A model generated the notes under the pieces. That model worked only from the letters and a program-made list of their open reading frames with translations. It had not been told where the DNA came from and searched no databases. DNA of 64,000 nucleotides from Octopus sinensis (Eukaryota): assembly GCF_006345805.1 (NCBI RefSeq), contig NC_043015.1, positions 26,350,001-26,414,000 of the forward strand, written 5' to 3'. Numbering within the stretch: the stretch's first letter is position 1; every line of letters begins with the position of its first letter. A program made the position numbers and the translations under genes. Positions 28,403-41,121 of the stretch are shown here, piece by piece.

Positions 28403-28573
28403 AATATTTTACATTTATTAATACAATAATTTCTTTGTTGTATATTTATGTCCACGGATGTTTATTGTTTTTATTTCACGGCATAATATTGGCATATATG
28501 ATGATTCTTGTAAGCCACGGTTACGTTTTCATACCTAAGACATATCTACCATTATTCAATAGTATAAAGCTTG

Positions 28574-28610
<37 letters not shown>

Positions 28611-29113
28611 CACACTAACACCCTACCACCTCCACACGCATACATACAAACACACACGCACACACCCAAACTTGTTAAAGACTTGTCAAAGTCACTTCAC
28701 TCCTACCCACCTCCTCTCTTTCTTGTTACCCTACCACCACTACCACACACATCCCGCACCCCACCACTCCCCACAAAGTCACTGGCCCCTATTCAAACAC
28801 ACAATTGCACATTCATACACGCCATTCTCACATATACAACCACGCACACGCTCTTTCAGTTGGGGTCACCGCCACTTTATTACCTCCTTTTCTTCCAATC
28901 TCTTCTTTCAAACTCCTTTTTTAATTCGTCGCCATACTTGATCTACAAGTTTTTCTCATTGTCTCTCTGATATTTTCTCTCTTATTCCTTTTTGTTGTAG
29001 AGCGTAGGGTCGAAACGTTAAAGACTTATTCTTTTTCCCGGGCGTCAAACAAATACTTCTCTCTCTCTCTCTCTCTCCCTCTCTCTCTCTCTGTATATAT
29101 ATATAAATATATA

Positions 29114-29158
<45 letters not shown>

Positions 29159-29160
<2 letters not shown>

Positions 29161-29554
29161 CGCAGGAGTGGCTGTGTAGTAAGTAGCTTGTTTACCAACC
29201 ACACAGTTCCGTGTCCAGTCCCACTGCGTGGCACCTTGGGCAAGTGTCTTCTACTATAGCCTCGGGCCGACCAAAGCTTTGTGAGTGGATTTGGTGGACA
29301 GAAACTGAAAAGAAACCCGTCGTATATATGTATGTATATATATGCGTGTGTGTGTTTGTCCCCCTAGCATTGCTTGACAACCGATGCTGGTATGTTTATG
29401 TCCCCGTTACTTAGCGGTTCGGCAAAAAAGACCGATAGAATAAATACCAGGCATACAAAAAGAATAAGTCCCGGGGTCGAGTTGCTCGATTCAAGGCGGT
29501 GCTCCAGCATGGCCGCAGTCAAATGACTGAAACAAGTAAAAGAGTAAAAGAGAG
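29159..29554 (+). mobile_element. SINE family 1, full length
   Basis: A-box-like TGGCTGTGTAG, B-box-like GTGTCCAGTCCC, short internal TA/TG tract, tail ...ATGACTGAAACAAGTAAAAGAGTAAAAGAG. Confidence 0.92.
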
Positions 29555-29621
<67 letters not shown>

Positions 29622-29741
29622 GCATATATATATATGCATATATATATATATATATAATATATATACATACATATATATATATATATCATATATATATATA
29701 TACATAATATATATATGCATATATATATATATATTATATAT

Positions 29742-29772
<31 letters not shown>

Positions 29773-29815
29773 GCATAAAGATATATATATTATATATATA
29801 TATATATATATATCA

Positions 29816-29854
<39 letters not shown>

Positions 29855-29903
29855 GTGTGTGTATATATATATACATATATATATATATGCATATATATAT
29901 ATA

Positions 29904-29939
<36 letters not shown>

Positions 29940-30081
29940 AAATAGAAAGATGAATAATCTTGTAGCAGATTAATCAAAAGTTTAACCGATACCTTGGTAG
30001 CAAAAATCACAGCAGAAGACAGCACGGTTGGAGGTACAACCATATGGTGCTGCAACCGTGCGTTGGTGCGGATAATTGAAT

Positions 30082-30420
30082 TTTAATATTATTGGTGAAT
30101 TGAAGAAATGGAGCTGAACGAAGATTGAACAGAAATCGTTTTATTTCATTCTACACGTGTTTCGAAAGGCACAATTTACCAAAATCCGATTGAATAATGA
30201 GACCATACTGTGTCTTTCTCTTCAGAAGAAATAGGAAATCCGTTTTTGTTTTTTCCAACGGATTTCCTATTTCTTCCTGAAGAGAAAGACACAGTATGGT
30301 CTCATTATTCAATCGGATTTTGGTAAATTGTGCCTTTCGAAACACGTGTAGAATGAAATAAAACGATTTCTGTTCAATCTTCGTTCAGCTCCATTTCTTC
30401 AATTCACCAATAATATTAAA
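30082..30420. repeat. ~340-bp foldback palindrome (arms 30082-30244 and 30257-30420) with one HHR per arm
   Basis: Arms are reverse complements except for one C; 12-nt loop. Confidence 0.95.
30268..30360 (+). ncRNA. Type I hammerhead ribozyme, canonical core (mirror copy on minus strand at about 30141-30232)
   Basis: Stem I TATTTCTTC/GAATGAAATA; CTGAAGA 30277-83; stem II GAAAGACACA/TGTGCCTTTC (1 mismatch); GAAA 30339-42; palindromic stem III CACGTG; TA cleavage site after 30350. Confidence 0.8.
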
Positions 30421-30431
30421 CTATATATATA

Positions 30432-30493
<62 letters not shown>

Positions 30494-30556
30494 CATGTAT
30501 ATATACATACATAAATAAATATGTATATATATACATATATTTATATATACATATAT

Positions 30557-30596
<40 letters not shown>

Positions 30597-30599
30597 TAA

Positions 30600-30635
<36 letters not shown>

Positions 30636-30784
30636 GTGTGTGTGGTGTGTGTGTGTAATTGCAGACACACACGTTTGAATAATAAGTTTGGTGTATATAT
30701 ATATATATATATGTGTGTGTATATATATATACATATATATATATGCATATATATATATACATATATATATATATGCATATATAT

Positions 30785-30818
<34 letters not shown>

Positions 30819-30935
30819 ATAATATATATATATATACATAATATATAATATATAAATACATGTATATATACATACATAAATAAATATGTATATATATACA
30901 TATATTTTATATACATATATATACATATATCTATA

Positions 30936-30982
<47 letters not shown>

Positions 30983-31003
30983 CATATATATATATATGCA
31001 TAA

Positions 31004-31041
<38 letters not shown>

Positions 31042-31499
31042 GTGTGTGTGTGTGTGTGTGGTGTGTGTAATTGCAGACACACCACGTTTGAATAATAAGT
31101 TTGGTGGCTGGCTGGCGGACAATATGTCACGGTGCAAGTGAACAGTGGTTGCTTTCAACGTTTCCGCCCTAGCACCAACTTTCACGACATTAACACTTGT
31201 TGCCTAATCCACACAAACCTTTTCCCTAAATAAATAAGTGTCCCGGTTGTCTCTTTCTTAACTTTACAAATTGAAAATCGCTCGATGCTATATCCTGGCC
31301 ATAATATCAAGAAAGTGAGAAGTCCAACCTTCACTCGTCGGTAATCTTGGAGCTGAAATACTCCAGCATCAATCCTTGTTCGTGCAGATTTTCCCGACAA
31401 GGCGGTTTTGAGCTTTAGCATAGAGCATTAGCGCTAATATACTACTTACTTTAGTGCCAATAAATTTTGCCCCTTCAGATTTTGATTTTTTATGTCAAT

Positions 31500-31780
31500 A
31501 GTTAAGTGTTCCTTTTTTGATGTATGTGTTTGTAGATTAGTTTCCGCATTTAACTTCGATATGCGAATGGTTTCCAAAATGTATCCTTGTGTGGAATTTT
31601 ATAAGGCTTTTATCTCTAGTTTCATTTTGTACAACAGTATATGTTGCAAGTGCATCGTAAGCCACCATTCGTGTAGTACAGATATAACCAATGTAACAGT
31701 TGGTATCCTGGAGTTTGCAACTCCCAATTTTGGATTCAAGTTTGTATGACATTTTTTCTCGGGCACACATTTCTCTGGTG
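31500..31780 (-). mobile_element. Decayed PLE GIY-YIG endonuclease fragment
   Basis: With frameshifts: KNVI/YKLESKIGSC...NCYIGY...; ILETIRISKLNAETNLQT. Confidence 0.5.
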
Positions 31781-32673
31781 TGTTGTTGATAAGTTTTTTA
31801 CTCTTGGTAATTTTGTAGATTATTATTAGTTTGCGCTAATGGTCGGATGCGATATATTTTATGTTGTGTCTTACGATCGTTTATATTATATGTTTATTTA
31901 CTCGATATATTTTATGTATTTGATTCATGTAATAGATTTTATGTGCGGTTTGTGTATTTCTATTAAGTGTATTCTCTGATATATTTCTTCTATTGTATTT
32001 GTGCCTATATTGTTTCATAGCTTGCTACACTAATTTATTAGATTATCCGTTGTTAATGTTTCGTTAATTCTATACTTTATTTGTATGAGTATACAATATT
32101 TCATCTTCATCTTCATTGCAATGAACAAGATGTGTGCGGTTGTGTACGAGTGCATCTCTGTGCGCGTGTTTATCTTTTTTTCTTTGCTTAAATGAAACAT
32201 TTCTTCCAGTTCATTTCTGTCTCGTTCTCTTCTTCCCAATGTTTTCCCGGATATCAGCATATTTACTTATCCTAAAATATGTTCATTCCTCCAATATATC
32301 AACACACAATTTCTATTAATTTCAAAACAAATTGATTCTTTCATTGTTACGTTGATGTGTTTGATGCTGCTGTTGTGGGTGTTGTCGTTGGTATTGTAAC
32401 AATTCCTTGCCTGATAATATCTGATCGAGCAGATTTAAAATCAAAATTTAATTCCATCCACAACCTTCCTATGGAAATACTGCATCGCTTATCCGTAGCT
32501 CTCTCCATTTACTAATATTTATATTTTTCGGGACGAAATCACATTATTTTGGAGGAAATGTTAGCTTCTATTTATTGTGTGTTGATTAGTTTGTTGTATT
32601 TCTGTTGTTGCGTCTTTAGCCAACCTTTTTATTTTTTCTATTGGATTGGCAATAAAAGATCAGAAATAAAAAC

Positions 32674-32711
<38 letters not shown>

Positions 32712-33460
32712 ACGTGTGTGCATACGTGTGTGTGTACGTGTGTGTGTGTGTGTGTGTGTTTGTGTAAAATATAAGGATACAATCTATATAACATCTATCA
32801 ACCAGTCAAAGTTAAAAACCAATTTAGGAAAATATAAATACAAAATATATAATTTTGTTCTTTAAATATAAAACCCATTAATTATATTAAGGTCTATTAC
32901 TATAACTAACGCCTTACGTTGTAATGGGACTTTAAAGTCAAACTATTTCAATTAATATGCACAGGCACCGTAAAGCGAGGGAATGAACATACATATATGA
33001 GAAGAACATGGATGTAAATAACAATGGGAATAACGTGGTTTTCGCTGGTATGCCTTTAATTTAATTAGATAACAAAGAAGAAAGAAGCAGAGATAAAGGT
33101 AGCATTTACAATCGTTTTGGTTTACTGGTTTAAGTAAATCTCTTCAGAATGCGAATATAGATAGATGTATCGGTTATGATGCGGAAATAATTGATACACA
33201 TGTGATGGTAATATAATCAAAGATAGTAAGTCTTACATTAAATTTTGTTCTTGCGCTGGTAAATTCGCTGGGTAGAGGTTTGATTGTGGTAGACTGGTTA
33301 GTTTCGTTGGATAATTAGAGCGGGGAGAGTATTATTTAGGTGCAGGGTTCCTAGTTTTTCATGCAGGACTCTATGCCTTTCATAATCTATAATCGTTGGC
33401 TGTAATAGTGAAAGTGACCGTTAGGTGTAATAGCAGTAGTAGGAGTAGAGACCGTTGATC

Positions 33461-33514
<54 letters not shown>

Positions 33515-33920
33515 ACCGTGGTGGTTTGAGTTGTAGCAACAGTTCATTGGCTGTAGTAGTAGCAGCAGTGGAAGTGAACGCTACTGCTACTACTACTACT
33601 ACAGCCAAGAACTGCTGCTACAACTCCAACCACCATCACCACCACCACGGTCACTACTACTACTACGACCAACGGACTCTGCTACTACTGTTATTACGGC
33701 CAACGGTCACTACCACTACTACTACTACAACTACTACTACTGCTATTACTACAGCCTATGAACTCATCACCATCATTGTTCGACCGTGGTCGAGACAATG
33801 GAATTTACCATGCTACGTCTATGAACTACTGCTACAAATCCAACCACCACTACCACTACAGTCACCACTACTACTTCTACGACCAACGGTCTCTACTATT
33901 ACTGCTTATTTCTTTACTAC

Positions 33921-34055
33921 CCACAAGGGGCTAAACATAGAGGGGACAAACAAGGACAGACAAACGGATTAAGTCGATTACATCGACCCCCAGTGCGTAT
34001 CTGGTACTTAATTTATCGACCCCGAAAGGATGAAAGGCAAAGTCAACCTCGGCGG
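33921..34055 (-). mobile_element. tRNA-derived SINE family 2, 3' part
   Basis: Reverse complement CCGCCGAGGTTGACTTTGCCTTTCATCCTTTCGGGGTCGATAAATTAAGTACCAG...; related to 44352-44545. Confidence 0.8.
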
Positions 34056-34074
34056 TGCCTTTCATCCTTTCGAG

Positions 34075-34368
34075 AACCTTATCTACATTCTCACATGCGC
34101 CGGTTGCCAACATAATTATGCTGGACAAACGAGCCTCCCTTTACGTAAAAGAGTAGCGGTCCATAAAGAACAAATAAATCTCCCAGAATACCGTCAAAAT
34201 CCACTAAGTAGCCACATAGACTCGTGCGCTAAAGACAAAAATCCCAAATTTTACATATTCCCCTTCTACCAATGTAAAGTCGGAAACACTACACAAGAAA
34301 GAATTAACAAGGAGAATCTTTTTATTGAAAAATTCAAAACGCATCTTAATATGCAAACTCCTCGATGA
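34075..34368 (+). mobile_element. PLE (Neptune-like) GIY-YIG endonuclease C-terminal fragment
   Basis: NLIYILTCAGCQHNYAGQT..LRKRVAVHKEQI...SHIDSCA...FYIFPFY...RINKENLFIEKFKTHLN; homologous to 51977-52237. Confidence 0.85.
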
Positions 34369-34464
34369 TCATACTTCTTTTTTCTACCTCATTTTTCATG
34401 GATGGACTAATGCAAATATATAAGGATATCATGCAGTTATCACTTCAAGCTAAAAATTATATTC

Positions 34465-34522
<58 letters not shown>

Positions 34523-34586
34523 CATGACATAACAATCTGAAATGAAATTATAAATTGGTTTATGTAAATTTATATAATTAGAAAAC

Positions 34587-34874
34587 AATTCTGATGAAAC
34601 TTGACACACACATAGCCCAATGTCATAATTCAAAACTAACGCAGCGAAAATTTTGAAAAGTTCCCCCAGTTCTGAAAAAAATCGATAAATTCGACATGGG
34701 GTCCAGAATCAGAAACACAAACTGTCTAGGGGACGCAACTCCACCTTTTTTAACTAAAAAAAAATTTACCATAATTTTTTCCCATTTTTTTGCTATTTTT
34801 TGGCTATAACTCTCTAAAAATGCTTTATAGTTATTTCCCTTACAAACCTGAGCAACGCCGGGCGATACTGCTAG
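34587..34874 (+). mobile_element. Non-autonomous Helitron, 5'-truncated
   Basis: Highly similar to the 3' part of 42939-43323; ends GCAACGCCGGGCGATACTG-CTAG|T. Confidence 0.8.
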
Positions 34875-36203
34875 TGTATATATATATATACATACACATA
34901 TGCATACAGATTATATATACACACATATGTACATACATACAGATATACATATGTATATTACATTTCTATATATTATACATGTAAATATATATATATATAT
35001 ATTACATATATATATTATATATGTAAATATATATATATATATATATATATATCATGTATGTAAATATATATATATATATACATATATATACGTATACATA
35101 TATATATAATTATATGTGTGTATGTATATGTATATGCATATGAATAAGGTGGTGGTGTAGTGTGGGGGAGTGCTATGATAGAAGTCTTTGTAATGATTAT
35201 TGTTTTTGTTTTTTCCAGCTTTTCCATCATCATTTTCTTCTTTTAACATTTCACAGATAATCTTTTACTTGCAATACATAAAGAGAACTTTCCAATGCTG
35301 CTGTTTGAATGCAAGTAGAACTCTTTCTTTCGCTCGTTTCATCCTTCTTAAGTAGATTCCTAAGATTTACACCGGAAACTAAGTTATTTATCTCTTCTAA
35401 GCTATCCAGTCCGTAAATTATAGCCTTGATTGAAACATTGAAGAAAGAAACACACACGTGCACACACATTCATATAGTCACAGATGTGTCTAAAAACATG
35501 TCGATATACACACACAGCGACTTACAAAGATTCGCTTACAGGAGGCAGACACGGATGAATAGCTACACACGCGCGCGCGCATATATGCTTGTGAAGAAAC
35601 ATATATAGTTACACACGTATATGTATGTATGCGTATATATATATATCAATGTAGATAAGCGTATATTAACATTAGCGCGTATATATATCTATATCTATAT
35701 ATATATATTGTTATATTTCGGAATGGTCATTTTGCCAGTTTAGCCAATAAAAACACACGTACTATATATTTGGTGTTATTTTGCTTCAGTGTTATTTATT
35801 TTTTACATTAATCTTAATCTTATTTCGGCCAGAGTTCTTTCGTCACACTCCTGTGACCGCATCAGTGGTCCATTGTTTTCTTATTTCTTATTTGTCTCTC
35901 TCCTTACTAACCGTCAGCCATTTTGTATTTCTATTGTATGTCTTCATTTGCGCATGCTTATATCTCTATGTGCGTCTATGTTTATTTATTGTGTGTATGT
36001 GGGGGGATGCCTGTAATATTTGTATCTTCTGTTTATATACGTTCATGTAATTTGTATTTTGTTTTTGATGTTGTTTTTGTTTATTCTTATTTTGTTCATG
36101 TGTTTACATCCACTTATTATTATCATTACATATGCTTGTATGTATGTATGTATGTATGTATGTATAACAACAATACTAGTAATAATAATAATAAATCGAA
36201 TCG

Positions 36204-36245
<42 letters not shown>

Positions 36246-36247
<2 letters not shown>

Positions 36248-36300
36248 CACCAGCATGGCCACAGCTCAAGAGCTGAAACTGGAAAACATAAAAACATAAA
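36246..36300 (+). mobile_element. SINE 3' tail inserted in the left pLTR
   Basis: GCACCAGCATGGCCACAGCTCAAGAGCTGAAACTGGAAAACATAAAAACATAAA; absent from the right pLTR. Confidence 0.6.
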
Positions 36301-39300
36301 CATATAGTTATTTATTTCTATTTGTTTATTTATCTGTGTATTTATTATGTTTTCGGGATCCTCTATCGTCATATGTTGTGGTGTGTGCTAGTGCTCCATT
36401 CTAGTTTTCTATTCAGGCTAGGTTTATTTTCTATTATGTGTGTAGCTTCTGTAATTTGTCTGATTGTTGCATCTGTTTCTATGCGTGGACAATATTTTAA
36501 TTTTTATATTGTTGATTGAACCCCCGTGTTCCTGTTCGGCGTGTTGGTACAGAATCGATGGGTTTTTACCTTCCTTGAGTTGTCTCCAATGTACATTTAC
36601 CTGCTCTCCTATGCTTCTTGCCGTTTCCCCTACGTATGTCGTTCTCTTGTTACTGCATCGTCCCTCTATACCTCTTATACTATAGACTACATTTCTAGCT
36701 TTACAGTTTGTTTGTGAGCTAAATCTACATACAGTACAGTACTTATCCGTACAGGGGGTTCTACTAAGAGGATAGGTTCTATCAATTATAGATTTGATAG
36801 GGTTGCCTGGCTTTTCAACAATCTTAATTCTTAGCTTAAGTTTGTCTAGGGTTCTTCTAAAGCGGTACGCCAGTTCACCTCCAGGGGTGGTGTCAACGAA
36901 CATGACACTCTGGTATTTATGGCTATCATACCAAGAGTTGGCCTTCCCTATTTTCTTTTTTGTCCTTTCTATAGTGTTCCATGACTTGTTCCTATAGAGT
37001 GGGAAAATCCCATTCCTATCATTACATAATATATTATCAAATTTCTTAATGGCTCCTTTGTATACTCTGATCCTTTCTTTATGGCTGTAACTTGAGAACT
37101 ACATGCGGTGAATGAAATATTGTATGTGTCTCTTTAACTCTGTGGGCTCGCACATGCGTGACACATTTCTCATTATTCTGACGAGGTCTGCCATCAAAAT
37201 ATTGAATTTGGCATTGTCCGCAATGGCTGAGTTCCGGTGGATCAAGTATTTTGAGGCCATAGGTTTGGCATAGTGTGAATGAAGGTTTTGGGTTTTATTA
37301 TTCACAGTTTCTAGCCAGAGTTCAGTGTCTAGTACTGGTAGTCTATGGTTGGGGTGTTTAGTGGGGTAGTCTATTTTGGCCTTAATACTCTGGTGGATGG
37401 AGTTAGCTATTTGCTGGATGCTCTCCATAGTATTAGTTTCTATTACTATATCAACATTACTCTCTTGTGGGAGTGCCTTTACCACTATGTTGATATCATC
37501 AACATAGCGAGAGTACATGTTTACGAGTATGGAGTTCTGTGTTAGGCGTTCTTTAAGCCTTCTGTCCCACCATACCATGAAAAGGTTGGCCATATCACCA
37601 GCGATACTAACGCCGATGGCTGCCCCCTCGTCCTGGGCATATATTTTATTATTAAACTTAAATGTGTTGCCTTTTAGGGTAACTCTTATACTAGCTCCTA
37701 GTGCATGTGCGATCAGTTTCTTTACCTGGTGGACATTTGCGGGGCTCCGTATGGCTCTGGTTTATCCGTGCCATCTTTCTATATGTGTCTTCCTAGCCAT
37801 AGAAGTAATTGTGGGCGGTCTACCTCTTAAACATCTACTGGGACAGAAACTACTAATATTATGTTTATCTAAGTATTCATTATTACATGTCAGTCTAAGT
37901 AGGAGGCCCAGTTCCTCTGTGTTGACATTACGGAACTCCACCTTGCTCTCGTTGATCATCTCCACGCACTTCTCCACCGCAAAATCTACGTCGATCGATG
38001 GGTATAGGGATCCCACATCCATGCTACCCACCATACATCCTGTCAGGTCACAAGTGTTGTTACAGTCATTGATCCTGCTGAGGAGCTATCACAAACATCA
38101 GATGACATCCAGATTATAGGGCTTATGATCATTGAGAGGAAGTAGGAGATTCTGTAATTGCTAGCGATATTCGCTCCACAGACTGGTCTTGTTGGTGGTC
38201 CTGCTATAGGGTCAGTAGTTACTTTATGGTCCTTGCGAAGTTCATACAGTGCCGGGATATTGTTCCAGGCTTGGAAATTATTTCCTGTACGTTTCTGGGG
38301 TCCCAGAACAATTATCCACATCATTATGTGGGCGTTGAGGACCTTTTCTCTCTCCTCATGCGCCTGTAAAGTTGTTATTTTTGTATTGGCGGTATGAGGT
38401 TGCATTGCCTGGATGTAGTTCCGTAAGCTGTCTATTGACATCCTGCCGGACTTATCTGTGGGAAGGCATACCACCTCTCCGTTCCTCGTGCGCTGAATGA
38501 GCTTATGTAGGCCACATGCAGGTTTAATCCCGAGTTGTTGGGCCTCTGTCTTATTCTATCTCTGTCTCTTAGTGTATAATCCTAAAATCTGTCTAAGTTT
38601 GGTCCTAGCTATAGTGAACTGTGCTTCCATATGGTCATTAGTATGTCTTGGGATGTAGACTCTTTTGTTGAAGGGTAATGTTGTTGGATAAATCCGGCTC
38701 ATGCAGTAAGATTTGTCACATACGTTGAAGAATTGATTGTCAAAGGGGTGAGTATACATGTCAATGGTCTTTCTAGGGTTATCTTCATTATCGTTACTGT
38801 TTCCATCATCAGCCTCCCTATTATTATTACCACCATTACCACTACTACTATTATTACTATTACCACCTCAACTATCACTACTACCATCATTACTACTTCT
38901 ACTGTTACCACCACCACTACTACTACCACTATTATTGTTATTACCGTTATTCCTACCATTGCCATTATTGCTATCATTCTGATTATCCCTAGTGATATTT
39001 TCATTGTTCCTGTTCTGGTGTATGTATGTTGTTGTTGTTCAATTAGTGTGGGTTTTATGTCTGTCTGTTGTCCCTGTCATTCCCTCTGTTGTGGTTGTTT
39101 TATTTTTGTTCCTATGAGTATTGTTATCTGTTTCAAGTCTACTGACTCCCTGTCCAAGGATTCTGTTGCATTCAACTTCTGTTTTCCATCGTGACCCCAT
39201 GACACAACTTTTATTCGTGTCTTTGTGACTATGATTATCTGTGTGTGTGTTTGTGTGTCGGTTCTCCCTATAATTGTTGTTGTTGTTGCTGTTGTATACG

Positions 39301-40004
39301 ATATTTTTCTCTCTGTTTATGTTTTTGTATTTGTATCTATTGTTTGTGCCTATGCATTCATTTATTCTATTGTTGTTGTTGTTGCCGCTGTTAGGGTTCG
39401 TGTTGCTTTTGTTGCTACGGTTGTTATTGCTGCGGTCATTATTGTTTTTGTTGTTGCTGCTGCGGTTAGTGTTTTTCGCGTTGTTGTTGTTGTCATTGTA
39501 TTTATTTAAATTCCAACGTATTTTTGTGAACGACTTTTCAATCTTGGACAGGCATTTGATGGTATTCACCTTACTATACACTGCATACTTTGGTGGTAGT
39601 TGAAGTATCGATATTTCGTCTGGGTCCGTTGTTACTCCCCCATAGATAAATAAACAAATAGAAATAAATAACTATATATATATATATTCGATTCGATTTA
39701 TTATTATTATTACTAGTATTGTTGTTATACATACATACAAGCATATGTAATGATAATAATAAGTGGATGTAAACACATGTACAAAATAAGAATAAACAAA
39801 AACAACAACAAAAACAAAATACAAATTACATGAACGTATATAAACAGAAGATACAAATATTACAGGCATCTCCCCACATACACACAATAAATAAACATAG
39901 ACGCACATAGAGATGTAAGCATGCGCAAATAAAGACATACAATAGAAATACAAAATGGCTGACGGTTAGTAAGGAGAGACACAAATAAGAAAGAAGAAAA
40001 CAAA

Positions 40005-40049
40005 GGACCACTGATGCGGTCACAGGAGTGTGACGAAAGAACTCTGGCC
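40005..40049 (+). ncRNA. Minimal HHR-like motif with CUGAUGC core (copies on minus strand at 35827-35871 and 63448-63492)
   Basis: GGACCA-CTGATGC-G-GTCAC aggagt GTGAC-GAAA-GAAC-TC-TGGCC. Confidence 0.55.
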
Positions 40050-40298
40050 GAAATAAGATTAGGATTAATGTAAAAAATAAATAACACTGAAGCAAAATAA
40101 CACCAACTATATAGTGCGTCTGTTTTTATTGGCTAAACTGGCAAAATGACCTTTCCCAAATATAACAATATCTGTTTCAACACACGACTTCACATAAAAA
40201 ATTTTGCACAACAAATATTTAACGTATATATATATATATGTATATATATATACATACATATATATATACACTAATGTTGATATACGCTTATATATGTA

Positions 40299-40349
<51 letters not shown>

Positions 40350-40703
40350 TATATATACATATATAGATAGATTTGGGTGCACCTATATATGTATCTACAT
40401 AGGTAAATGTATATGTGAGTGTGTGTTGGTGTAAAATAGAAATGCTTAAATATATATGTATGACATTTGCACACACGTATGTATACATACGTAGATACGT
40501 ACATACAAATATATATGTACATAATAATGTGTATATATACTTGCATGCATATATACACGACCCAATTAGAATATTGTGCTACAAGATTTATGTTTTGGTG
40601 TTATATGTAGATATAGAAATGTTGATGAATATGCATATAAAAATGTGTATATGTATACTTGTATTTTTTTACATGCATATATTTAAGTAGAAACAAAAAC
40701 ACT

Positions 40704-40737
<34 letters not shown>

Positions 40738-40803
40738 TATATTATATATATATACATATATACATATACATATATATATATATATATGTGTATATTTATA
40801 TAT

Positions 40804-40871
<68 letters not shown>

Positions 40872-41058
40872 ATATATATATATATAAAAATTTAACAAAT
40901 TAAATGGATGGCTTCTTACCAATTTGAACCTAAAGGCAAAATTCATAGAGATAATGTTTTGCGGCATTTGAGTTTTTTTAACTCTTCTATTATACAATTA
41001 GTGGGGCTAGCTAGTACCCTTTGTCACTTTTGTGACCTCTATTTATATATATATATAA

Positions 41059-41116
<58 letters not shown>

Positions 41117-41121
<5 letters not shown>

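Larger units (their letters stand above)
35708..40168 (-). mobile_element. Penelope-like element (tentatively Naiad-like), decayed RT plus C-terminal GIY-YIG, bounded by inverted pseudo-LTRs 35708-36335 and 39644-40168
   Basis: LPTDKSG; LRKDHK..PPTRPVCGA; GSMDVGSLYPSID; MYSRYVDDINIV; PLYRNKSW..R.KK....WY...YQSVMFVDTTPGG; NVVYS...TYVGETARSIGE; RQITEATHI.NKPSLN* (stop about 36388). Stops and frameshifts present; termini are reverse complements. Confidence 0.88.

Noticed and set aside
28995-29025. GAGCGTAGGGTCGAAACGTTA hammerhead-like remnant
   Set aside because: Core 5' strand absent and stem II broken; at most a decayed PLE end.
29159-29235. tRNA gene
   Set aside because: A/B-box-like head continues into a SINE body; no cloverleaf or terminator.
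34030-34368. 112-aa ORF as a standalone GIY-YIG gene
   Set aside because: The ATG comes from antisense SINE sequence fused to a PLE fragment.
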